Notes under the pieces: generated by a model
Databases searched by the model: none
What the model saw: only the letters and a program-made list of their open reading frames with translations
What the model was told of the DNA's origin: nothing
Position numbers and translations under genes: made by a program
DNA from: Vicinamibacteria bacterium
GTDB lineage: Bacteria > Acidobacteriota > Vicinamibacteria > Marinacidobacterales > Marinacidobacteraceae
Direction: 5' to 3'
Assembly (NCBI GenBank): GCA_963555995.3
Contig: OY821641.1
Span: 1,504,001 to 1,568,000, forward strand
Length of the DNA stretch: 64,000 nucleotides
Shown here: one piece after another, positions 28,390-36,755 of the stretch
Numbering within the stretch: position 1 is the stretch's first letter
Layout of the letters: the number at the start of each line of letters is the position of its first letter

Positions 28390-28764
28390 ATGTCCCGAGT
28401 GAAACGCGGGACCCACCGGCGGGATCGGCGCCGGCGGGTTCTCAAACAGACCCGAGGCTACCGCGGGATGCGCGGCAAGCTCTATCGGCACGCAATGCAG
28501 GCGCTCGATCGCGCCCTTTCGTACGCCTACCGCGATCGCCGCACCCGGAAGCGTGATTTTCGCCGCCTGTGGATCACCCGCATCAGCGCCGCCTCCCGGG
28601 AGCGGGGTCTCCCCTACGCCCAGTTCGCGCACGGGCTGTCGCTCGCGGGGGTGGGGGTGAACCGGAAACAACTGGCGGAGCTCGCGGTGCACGATCCGGG
28701 GGCGTTCGACTGTCTGGTGGACCGGGCGCGGGAGGCGCTCTCGGCCGGGGCCGGTCCCGAATAG
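28390..28764 (+). CDS. rplT: 50S ribosomal protein L20
   Basis: MSRVKRG, YAYRDRR.RKRDFRRLWITRI. Confidence 0.97.
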   Translation: MSRVKRGTHRRDRRRRVLKQTRGYRGMRGKLYRHAMQALDRALSYAYRDRRTRKRDFRRLWITRISAASRERGLPYAQFAHGLSLAGVGVNRKQLAELAVHDPGAFDCLVDRAREALSAGAGPE

Positions 28765-28781
28765 GGACGTCCCGAGCTTTC

Positions 28782-29063
28782 GTGTCCGATCCCGCCGCCG
28801 TCGTCCGGGGCCTGCTCGCCGACATCGAGCGGGCCGAGACGACGTTCGAGACGGTCAGCGGCCGGATCGCCGCGGCGACGGACGCCAGCCTGCGCGAGGC
28901 CCAGCGGGAGCGGGACGCCCTCAGGGAAGGGGAGCAGGAGGCCAGGAGCCGGGCGGAGCGGGCCGAGCGGGCCGCCGCGATCCTTCGCGACGAACGGGAA
29001 GTCATCCGGAAGGCGCTCCGCGCCGTTACCGGGGGAGATGATTCCGGCGCGGAGCGGCGATGA
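28782..29063 (+). CDS. coiled-coil protein, ZapB-like
   Basis: Heptad-rich 93-aa ORF coupled (ATGA) to zapA. Confidence 0.55.
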   Translation: MSDPAAVVRGLLADIERAETTFETVSGRIAAATDASLREAQRERDALREGEQEARSRAERAERAAAILRDEREVIRKALRAVTGGDDSGAERR

Positions 29064-29371
29064 GCGAGACCGTTGAAGTCGAAGTCGCCGGACGCTCGTA
29101 CCGGTTGCGCTCCGACGAGGGGGGAGCCGATCTCACGGCGGTCGCCCGGCTCGTGAATGAACGCATCGGGAAGATCCTTGAGGCGGCGCCGCAACTCGAA
29201 AAAGAAGAGGTCGCGATCCTCGCGGCGCTGAACATGGGGGACGAACTGCTGCGGCAGCGGGCGGCCGACGAGGCCGGACCGGCGGAGATCGAGGAGGCGG
29301 TGGCCGCCGTGCGGGGCCGGCTCGCCGAGCTCGTCCGGCGGATGGAAGCGATGACCTCTTCGCCGGACTGA
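29060..29371 (+). CDS. zapA: cell division protein ZapA
   Basis: VEVEVAGRSYRL...AILAALNMGDEL. Confidence 0.85.
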   Translation: MSETVEVEVAGRSYRLRSDEGGADLTAVARLVNERIGKILEAAPQLEKEEVAILAALNMGDELLRQRAADEAGPAEIEEAVAAVRGRLAELVRRMEAMTSSPD

Positions 29372-29380
29372 CGCCGTTCG

Positions 29381-30496
29381 GTGGCGCGTGCCGGTTCGCG
29401 GGCCGTGGACAAGGCAAGACGCTTCACCGCAGTCGGAGAGGCGAGAAGCTGCGGAGATCGGTCAGAGGGCGCGGACCCGTTTGCGGAGCCGTCCACCGGC
29501 GAGGACCGCTTGCTCCGGCGCATCCTGGATGTCCTTCCGGCGCCTCCGGCGGGAGGCGGAGCGGAGGTCCCGCGCCTGATCCTGGGGCCGGGAGACGACG
29601 CGGCGGCGTTTGCCTGGCCCGGCGGCGGCACGCTCCTGCTGACGACGGACGCGGCCGAGGAGGGTGTCCACTTCGACCGCGGTCTTCATCCGCCGCGCGC
29701 CATCGGACGCCGGGCCGTCGCCGCCGCGGTGAGCGACATCGCGGCGATGGGCGGCCGGCCGGCCGGCACGCTCCTCTCACTCGTGACGCCGCCGTCCCGG
29801 GAGGCGGTCGCCGCCCGGATCGCCGAGGCGGCTGCCGAGCGGGCAACGGAGTTGGGAGCGCCGCTCGTGGGGGGCAACATCACCGCCGGGGAGCGGATCG
29901 GGCTCCACGTCACGGTCGCCGGCGCCGCGGCTCCGGGCGCCCCGCTCCTCCAGCGCCGGGGCGCGAAGCTGGGGGACGGCCTCTTCGTGACCGGAAACCT
30001 GGGCGGAGCGGCACTCGGTCTGGCCCTGTTGCGGCGGCGGACGGAGGGGGAGACCGCCCCCTTTGCCCCGGAAGAAGCAGCGCTGGTGGCCCGGCAACTG
30101 GATCCGGCCCCACGCCTCGCGGCGGGCGCGGCCCTCGCGGGGGCGGCGCACATGGGGATGGACATCTCGGACGGGTTGGCCCTCGATCTCCATCGTCTGA
30201 CCGCCGCCAGCGGCGTCGGGGCGCGCGTCGAGGAGACCCGGGTGCCGCTTGCCGGAGAGGGCGCCCGGGGTCTCGAGGCGGCGCTCTTCGGGGGCGAGGA
30301 CTACGAACTGCTGATCGCGGGGCCGCCGCAGGAGGTGTTTGCGGCGGCGGGCAGCGCGGGAATCGGGGTCACCCGGATAGGGTGGGTTACCGCGGCGGGC
30401 GAGGGGGTCCGGCTCGAGCGCGCTGACGGAGTCGCCGAGCCGCTGCCGCGCCGCGGGTGGGACTCGTGGGCCGGGGGGCGGCGGCCTCCGGAATAG
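29381..30496 (+). CDS. thiL: thiamine-monophosphate kinase
   Basis: GPGDDAA, EGVHF, SDIAAMGG, GGN, DISDGL, GGEDYEL; start uncertain. Confidence 0.92.
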   Translation: MARAGSRAVDKARRFTAVGEARSCGDRSEGADPFAEPSTGEDRLLRRILDVLPAPPAGGGAEVPRLILGPGDDAAAFAWPGGGTLLLTTDAAEEGVHFDRGLHPPRAIGRRAVAAAVSDIAAMGGRPAGTLLSLVTPPSREAVAARIAEAAAERATELGAPLVGGNITAGERIGLHVTVAGAAAPGAPLLQRRGAKLGDGLFVTGNLGGAALGLALLRRRTEGETAPFAPEEAALVARQLDPAPRLAAGAALAGAAHMGMDISDGLALDLHRLTAASGVGARVEETRVPLAGEGARGLEAALFGGEDYELLIAGPPQEVFAAAGSAGIGVTRIGWVTAAGEGVRLERADGVAEPLPRRGWDSWAGGRRPPE

Positions 30497-31906
30497 CTAG
30501 CCGGTCAGGGCGGCGGCTGCCGAGAGGAGCGCGGCCTCCTCCCAGGGAGGCGCCATCAGCTCGACGCCGAAGGGCAGGCCGTCCCGCTCGCCGGCGGGGA
30601 TCGCGAGTGCGGGAAGCCCGGCCAGGGAAGCGAGGATCGTGAACCGGTCGCCGTCGTAGTCTGCGCCCGCCTCGACCGGATCGGACAGCCGCCGGGGCGC
30701 CGTCCGCGCGATGGGGACCAGCAGGAACTCCCCTCGCTCGAAGTGGCCGAGCAACCGCTCCCGGATCGCTGTCCGCGCCGCGGTGGCCGCCGCGTAGATG
30801 GCGTCCCGGTAGCCCTGCGAGAGAACCGTGGTCCCCAGCAGGACCCGCAGGCGGACCTCGTCCCCGAATCCGGAGGTCCGGCTCGCGCGGATCGTCGCGG
30901 CGAGGGTTCCGTCACCCTCCACACGGCTGCCGTAGCGCATGCCGTCGAAGCGGGCGAGGTTCGAACTGGCCTCCGCGCAGGCCAGGACGTAGTAGGCGGA
31001 GATGGTCGTGACCGCTTCCGGCAGTTGGAAGCGGTGGATCGTCGCTCCGCCCGCTTCGAGCCGGCGGAGCACCCGGTGGAACGCCCTCCGGGACTGGGGG
31101 TCCAGGATGGCGAGGTCCTCGTCGCTGCAGGCGGCGACGGTACGGGGGAAAGCGGGACGGGCGGCGGCCGTGGTGAAATCCGGGACCTCCCGAGCGACGC
31201 TCGTCGCATCGCGGGGGTCGGCGCCGGAGATGGTCGAAAGGACCCGTCCGAGATCGGTGACCTCGGCTGCGAGGCAGCCGACCTGATCGAAGGAGGATGC
31301 GTACGCCGTGATCCCGAACCGGGAGACACGCCCATAGGTGGGGCGGAGTCCGAAGATGCCGGTGTGCGCCGCCGGCAGCCGGACGGAGCCCCCGGTATCG
31401 GTTCCGAGAGCTACCGGGACCGCGCCGGAGGCGACGGCCGCCGCCGGACCTCCCGACGACCCGCCAACGATGCGCTCCAGGTCCACCGGGTTCCGGGTCG
31501 GGCCGCGATACCCGCTCGTGGTGGAGGAGCCCATGCCGAACTCGTCGAGGTTCGTGGTGCCGACAATCACCGCGCCGGCGCCCCGGAGGCGTTCCACCAC
31601 GGTGGCGTCGTAAGGCGCCCGGTAGTTGCGGAGGACGGCGGACCCGGAGGTTGACGGCAGCCCGCGGACCGCGATGTTGTCCTTCACCGCGACCGGGAGC
31701 CCGAAGAGGGGTCCCCGGGCGGCCGGCCGTTGCCGTTCGAGCCGCCGGGCGGTCGCGGTGGCCCCGTCCCGGTCGAGATGCAGGAACGCGTGGATGCCGC
31801 AGTCGACCTCTTCGGCGTTGTCGAGCGCGGCCGCGGTCGCCCCCACGACGTCGAGATCCCCGGGCGGGAGCGGGATGTCGGACGGTTCGCCCCCGGCGGC
31901 GGTCAC
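30497..31906 (-). CDS. gatA: Asp/Glu-tRNA amidotransferase subunit A (amidase signature)
   Basis: VAVKDNI, NLDEFGMGS, GGSSGG, GTDTGGSVRLP, EASSNLARFDG. Confidence 0.88.
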   Translation of the reverse strand: MTAAGGEPSDIPLPPGDLDVVGATAAALDNAEEVDCGIHAFLHLDRDGATATARRLERQRPAARGPLFGLPVAVKDNIAVRGLPSTSGSAVLRNYRAPYDATVVERLRGAGAVIVGTTNLDEFGMGSSTTSGYRGPTRNPVDLERIVGGSSGGPAAAVASGAVPVALGTDTGGSVRLPAAHTGIFGLRPTYGRVSRFGITAYASSFDQVGCLAAEVTDLGRVLSTISGADPRDATSVAREVPDFTTAAARPAFPRTVAACSDEDLAILDPQSRRAFHRVLRRLEAGGATIHRFQLPEAVTTISAYYVLACAEASSNLARFDGMRYGSRVEGDGTLAATIRASRTSGFGDEVRLRVLLGTTVLSQGYRDAIYAAATAARTAIRERLLGHFERGEFLLVPIARTAPRRLSDPVEAGADYDGDRFTILASLAGLPALAIPAGERDGLPFGVELMAPPWEEAALLSAAAALTG

Positions 31907-32220
31907 GACCCGCCTCCGAGCACCCGCGGAACCTGGACGAAACGCTCGCCGCGCTCGGGAGCGAGTTCGAACGCCTTGCCGTCCGGAAAACCGTCCTGCG
32001 GTTCGTCGGGACGGAGCGGACAGGCGACCCCGTCGCCGGAGGACCCTCCGGGCTGCGCTTCGGGTTCGCTTCTGGCGGTCTCCACGACCCGCGACGTGTA
32101 GGTCCCGAGCACCTTGCGGGCGGCCAGCAGGTTCCGGGTTCGCGTTTCTCCCTCGGGAGGCGCGACCGACGCCAGGGCGGCGATGCGAAAGAACTCGTCG
32201 CTCTTGATGCCGTCTGCCAC
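31903..32220 (-). CDS. gatC: Asp/Glu-tRNA amidotransferase subunit C (divergent)
   Basis: RIAALA...LRPDEP...APE...FVQVPRVL; coupled to gatA. Confidence 0.65.
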   Translation of the reverse strand: MADGIKSDEFFRIAALASVAPPEGETRTRNLLAARKVLGTYTSRVVETARSEPEAQPGGSSGDGVACPLRPDEPQDGFPDGKAFELAPERGERFVQVPRVLGGGS

Positions 32221-32265
32221 CCGGTGCCCTAATGATCCAGTGCGGCCGCGAGTATAGTCGGGGCG

Positions 32266-33600
32266 GTGCGGCGTCCCGGCGGTATCTCGACCGCCCTGAA
32301 TCCCGGGACGGCCGTGCTCCTGACCGCGATCTGCGCGTGCGGGGGAGAGCCCCGAGTGGCCCCGGAAGCGGACTCCGCAGCCGAGTCCTTCGTGTTCCCG
32401 GCCGAGTTCGAACGGCACCGCGCTCTCTGGATGGCGTGGCCGACCTACGAGAACAAGCGCGGGCTGCCGACCGAGCCGCTCCTCATCGAGATCATTCGCG
32501 CCACCGAGGGCAGGGTGGCCATCGAACTGCTGGCCCAGGACGACGGCGAAGCGGCTGCCATCCGCGAGCGCTTTCGGACGGAGCAAGTGCCGGACGGGCA
32601 CGTAACCATCCACGCCGTGCCCCACGGCGACGTCTGGATGCGGGACATGGGGCCGATCTTCCTGCGCGGCGATCGGGGCGGTCTCCGGGTGGCCGATTTC
32701 GGATTCAACATGTGGGGTTACGAGTCCCCGGACAGCCCGGGTTCGCGCCTCGAAGAGGCGGTGGACCGGCGCGTCGCCGATCTCCTCGGTCTGGAGGTGG
32801 AGAAGTCCACGCTCATCAGCGAGGGCGGATCCCGCGAGTTCAACGGCAGGGGGGTGATGCTCGCCGTGGAGGCGGTGGAGCTCCAGCGGAACCCGGGATG
32901 GACGCTCGAAGCCATGGAGGAGGAGTTCCGGCGCACTCTGGGAGTTTCCAAGGTCATCTGGCTCGCCGAGGGCATGGCCGAGGATGAACTCACGTTCCGC
33001 GGGCGGCTCCCTGGGGACGTCTACACGGTCATCACCACCGGCGGCCACGTGGACGAGTTCGCCCGCTTCGCGGACCCGGAGACCATCCTGCTCGCGGAGA
33101 TCACGGAGGAGGAACGCCGGACCGACCCCATCGCCGCCATCAGCCACGCACGGCTCGAGGAGAGCTTCCGGAGGCTGAGCGCCGCGACGGACCAGGACGG
33201 AAACCCGTTCCGCATCGTGCGCGTGCCCGCGCCGGATTCGCTCTTCGACACGATGCGGGCCGGCGACGGGGTGTTCGACTACATCCAGCCCCTCGAATAC
33301 GAGGACGGGACCTCGATCGCGCCGGACGACGAGATCAAGGTGGTCGCGGCGGCGAGCTATCTGAACTTCCAGGTGACGAACGGCCTCGTGCTGGCCCAGA
33401 AGTACTGGAAGCCCGGCATGCCGGAGAGCCTGCGGGAAAAGGACGAACGCGCGCTCGCCATCCTGCGCGAGGCATTTCCGGGCCGCGAAGTGCTGCCCCT
33501 AGATGCGATGGCGGTGAACTTGGGAGGGGGTGGAATCCACTGCATCCTTCAACAGGAACCGGAACGCGTCGGAGCGCCCGCCTCCGGCCGGCATCCGTAA
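32266..33600 (+). CDS. aguA: agmatine/peptidylarginine deiminase family protein with a lipoprotein-type signal
   Basis: FPAEFE.H..WMAWP, DVWMRDMGP, EGG, GHVDE, ASYLNF, GGGIHC; N-terminal AVLLTAICAC. Confidence 0.9.
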   Translation: MRRPGGISTALNPGTAVLLTAICACGGEPRVAPEADSAAESFVFPAEFERHRALWMAWPTYENKRGLPTEPLLIEIIRATEGRVAIELLAQDDGEAAAIRERFRTEQVPDGHVTIHAVPHGDVWMRDMGPIFLRGDRGGLRVADFGFNMWGYESPDSPGSRLEEAVDRRVADLLGLEVEKSTLISEGGSREFNGRGVMLAVEAVELQRNPGWTLEAMEEEFRRTLGVSKVIWLAEGMAEDELTFRGRLPGDVYTVITTGGHVDEFARFADPETILLAEITEEERRTDPIAAISHARLEESFRRLSAATDQDGNPFRIVRVPAPDSLFDTMRAGDGVFDYIQPLEYEDGTSIAPDDEIKVVAAASYLNFQVTNGLVLAQKYWKPGMPESLREKDERALAILREAFPGREVLPLDAMAVNLGGGGIHCILQQEPERVGAPASGRHP

Positions 33601-33658
33601 GGATGCGAACACGCGGCGTGAGCAGCGGCAGGGAACACCCCCCGAGAGTCCTCGGCGC

Positions 33659-35038
33659 GTGACTGGCGCGGAGGGTTGGGGCGCGCTCAGCCTGGTTCCC
33701 AGCCTCGCGGTTCTGGGGCTCGCGGTCTGGACCCGCCGGCCCCTCGAAGCCCTGATCTTCGGATCGCTGCTCGGCCACCTCATGCTCTCGCGGGGGGGCT
33801 TTCTGGGGGCGTTCCTCGAGAACGCGCAGTCCGTGATGGCCGAAACGGCGAGCGTCTGGGTGGTCCTGGTGGTGATGCTCTTTGGCGCCCTGATCGGCAT
33901 CCTGGCCCGCGCCGGAGGGTCGAAAGCGTTCGGCGAGGCGCTCTCCCGGCGGCTTCGGACCCGCCGGGGGGTCCTGCTGGGCGCCTTCGGACTCGGCGTC
34001 GTGACTTTCGTTGACGACTACCTGAACGCGCTGGCGGTCGGGGCGGCGTTCCGGGGCGCGGCGGACCGGATCGGGATCTCGCGGGCTCGCCTCGCCTACG
34101 TGGTGGACAGCACGGCGGCGCCGATCTGCGTGCTGATTCCGGCCTCGACCTGGACGGTCTTCATCGCCGGGCTCTTCGAGGCGAACGGACTCGCCGAAGC
34201 AGGTGGGGGCATCGGTCTCTACGTCTCCCTGATCCCGTATCTCCTCTATCCGTGGTTTGCGATTCTGCTGGTGTTCGCGGTGATCCTGGGGGCGGTCCGC
34301 GATCTCGGGCCGATGGCGGACGCCGAGCGCCAACTCCGTTCGGGAATGGCTCCGGTGACCGCGGCCCTCGACGAAAGCCTGGAACCGGCCACGACCCAGG
34401 CCCCGGCGCGTCCCGGCCTGCGGACCCCCGCCTTCCTCGTCCCGATCCTGGTTCTGCCGGCGGCCACCCTGGCGCTCGGCGGGGATGCACTCTTCGGCGT
34501 GGTGGCGGCTTTGGGAGTTGCTCTGGCGCTGACGGCGCTCGTGCGGCCGGCCGGCGGTTTGGGACCCGTCGCCGACGGAGCGTTCCTGGGGATGGAGAAG
34601 ATGGTCTATCCCCTGGGGATCGTGCTCGTCTCCTTCATCCTGCGGGACGTGAACGCCGCGCTCGGGCTGACCGAGTTCGTGATCGGCAGCGTGCAACCGA
34701 TTGCGAGCGCGTGGATGCTGCCGGCGCTCGTGTTCGTCACCCTCTCGGGAGTGGCGTTCGCCACCGGATCGTTCTGGGGGGCCTACACGGTCAGCCTGCC
34801 GGTCGTCATCGGGCTCGCTGCCGAGCTGGGAGCTCCGCTGCCGCTGACGCTCGGAGCGCTCGTTTCGGCCGGCGCCTTCGGCTCCCACGCCTGCTTCTAC
34901 GGTGACGCCACCGTCCTCGCCGCGCGCAGCGCCGGGTGTTCCATCATGGAACACGTCAGGACGCAGTTGCCGTACGCCCTGGTGGGCGCTGGGGCCGCAC
35001 TCGCCGGATTCGTGCTTCTCGGCCTGATGGCCGGTTAG
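33659..35038 (+). CDS. NhaC-family transporter
   Basis: FVDDYLN, LAYVVDSTAAP, FATGSFWG, GAFGSHAC.Y.DAT; start uncertain (frame open from 33530). Confidence 0.85.
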   Translation: MTGAEGWGALSLVPSLAVLGLAVWTRRPLEALIFGSLLGHLMLSRGGFLGAFLENAQSVMAETASVWVVLVVMLFGALIGILARAGGSKAFGEALSRRLRTRRGVLLGAFGLGVVTFVDDYLNALAVGAAFRGAADRIGISRARLAYVVDSTAAPICVLIPASTWTVFIAGLFEANGLAEAGGGIGLYVSLIPYLLYPWFAILLVFAVILGAVRDLGPMADAERQLRSGMAPVTAALDESLEPATTQAPARPGLRTPAFLVPILVLPAATLALGGDALFGVVAALGVALALTALVRPAGGLGPVADGAFLGMEKMVYPLGIVLVSFILRDVNAALGLTEFVIGSVQPIASAWMLPALVFVTLSGVAFATGSFWGAYTVSLPVVIGLAAELGAPLPLTLGALVSAGAFGSHACFYGDATVLAARSAGCSIMEHVRTQLPYALVGAGAALAGFVLLGLMAG

Positions 35039-35102
35039 CGTGATCGTTCCCCGGCCCGTTCCGTCGCCTTGCCAAAGGGCCCGCGCACGGCAGAATTAGC
35101 CG

Positions 35103-35990
35103 ATGCCCGCGGACTCGCAGCCAACCGGCCGCCCCCGGCTCGCCCTGATCCAGCGGGCGGTCGAGCCCGAGCGCGCCGCCGCCCACCGGGACGCTCTGGA
35201 GTCCGTGCGCGCCGCGGCGGCCGGCGGCGCGCAGATCGTGTGCCTGCCCGAGCTCTACGACCTCCCCTACTTTCCGCGCCGGGTCGCGGTGGAATGCTGG
35301 CGGCTGGCGGAGCGGCAGCCGTCCGACCGGGTGCGGGAACTCGGCCGGCTCGCCGCCGAACTCGGCATCGTGCTGGTCGTACCGGTCTTCGAGGAAGCGG
35401 CCCCCGGCGTGCTCTTCAACGCCGCGGTGCTCTACGACGCGGACGGCAGGCTGCTCGGCCGCTACCGCAAGAACCACATTCCCGATGGCCCCGGCTACCA
35501 CGAGAAGTACTACTTCACGCCCGGTGACTCCGGGTATCCCGTCTGGGAGACCGCCTTCGGCCGCATCGGGGTCGGCGTCTGCTGGGACTCATGGTTTCCC
35601 GAGACCGCCCGCCTGCTCGCCCTCGGCGGCGCCGATCTGCTGCTCTTCCCGACGGCGATCGGCAGCGAGCCGGATCGTCCCGGCTATTCGTCGGAGGACG
35701 CCTGGAGGACCGTGATGCGCGGCCACGCCATCGCGAACGGCGTCTTCGTCGGGGCTCCGAACCGGGTGGGGGTGGAGGGGCCCATGACCTACTACGGCGG
35801 AAGCTTCGTGTGCGATCCCTTCGGCGAGGTGGTCGCCCGCGCCGGCGCCGATCCGGACATCGTGTTCGCCGATCTCGACTTCGGCAGGAATCGGGAACTC
35901 AGGGAACTGCTCCAGTTCTTCCGGGACCGGCGGACGGACACCTACGGCGGCCTGTTACGGGTCTCGCCGGACTCCGGGAAAGCGCCCTAA
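35103..35990 (+). CDS. aguB: N-carbamoylputrescine amidase (nitrilase superfamily)
   Basis: LPEL, YRKNHIPDGPGY.EKYYF.PGD, CWDSWFPE, PTAIGSEP. Confidence 0.9.
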   Translation: MPADSQPTGRPRLALIQRAVEPERAAAHRDALESVRAAAAGGAQIVCLPELYDLPYFPRRVAVECWRLAERQPSDRVRELGRLAAELGIVLVVPVFEEAAPGVLFNAAVLYDADGRLLGRYRKNHIPDGPGYHEKYYFTPGDSGYPVWETAFGRIGVGVCWDSWFPETARLLALGGADLLLFPTAIGSEPDRPGYSSEDAWRTVMRGHAIANGVFVGAPNRVGVEGPMTYYGGSFVCDPFGEVVARAGADPDIVFADLDFGRNRELRELLQFFRDRRTDTYGGLLRVSPDSGKAP

Positions 35991-35996
35991 CCCATC

Positions 35997-36722
35997 GTGG
36001 AAAGTCCTCGCGTCCGCGAGCAGGTCTTCCTGACCCTGGCGGCGGTCTTCATCGCGGCGCTCATCGCCTGCAACCTCATCTTCCGGAAGTTCTTCGTCTG
36101 GGAGATTCCCGTTCTCGGCCTGATCGGCCTGGAGCCGCGGATGGAGCTCTCGGTGGGGATCCTGGCGTATCCGGTCACCTTCATCTGCACCGATGTCCTG
36201 TCGGAGTTCTACGGCCGCCGGCGGGTGAGCCAACTGGTGACCGCCGGCTTCTTCGCCAGCGTCTTCGTGGTGGGCCTGGTGATGCTCTCCAACTGGGTGC
36301 CGGCCGCGGGCTGGAGCGCCGTGGACGACGCCATGTTCGACCTGGTCTTCGGGATTCAGGGGGTGGCGGTCACGGCTTCGATGTGCGCCTACCTGGGGGC
36401 GCAGTACCTCGACATCCGGCTCTTCCACTATTGGAAGCGCCGGACCGCGGGACGCCACCTGTGGCTTCGGAACAACGCCTCCACGTTCACCTCGCAACTC
36501 GTGGACACGATCCTCGTGACCACCATCCTCTCCTTGCTCGGGGCAAGCGAGATCACCCCGGAGCGGCTGCCGATCCTGATCGCCAACGGGGTGGTCTTCA
36601 AGTGGTTCGTCGCCGTCGTCGACACCCCGCTGGTGTACGGGGCGGTGTGGTTCCTGCGGAACCGGCTCGGGATCGAGGAAGCCCCGGCGGACGACACGGT
36701 GGCGCGAACGCGGATCTTCTGA
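35997..36722 (+). CDS. queuosine precursor transporter (YhhQ/VUT family)
   Basis: YPVTF..TDVLSEFYG, LWLRNNAST..SQLVDT, DTPLVY. Confidence 0.88.
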   Translation: MESPRVREQVFLTLAAVFIAALIACNLIFRKFFVWEIPVLGLIGLEPRMELSVGILAYPVTFICTDVLSEFYGRRRVSQLVTAGFFASVFVVGLVMLSNWVPAAGWSAVDDAMFDLVFGIQGVAVTASMCAYLGAQYLDIRLFHYWKRRTAGRHLWLRNNASTFTSQLVDTILVTTILSLLGASEITPERLPILIANGVVFKWFVAVVDTPLVYGAVWFLRNRLGIEEAPADDTVARTRIF

Positions 36723-36755
36723 CGGCCGGCGGCGGCGGTCCGCCGCGCCCGGCGG

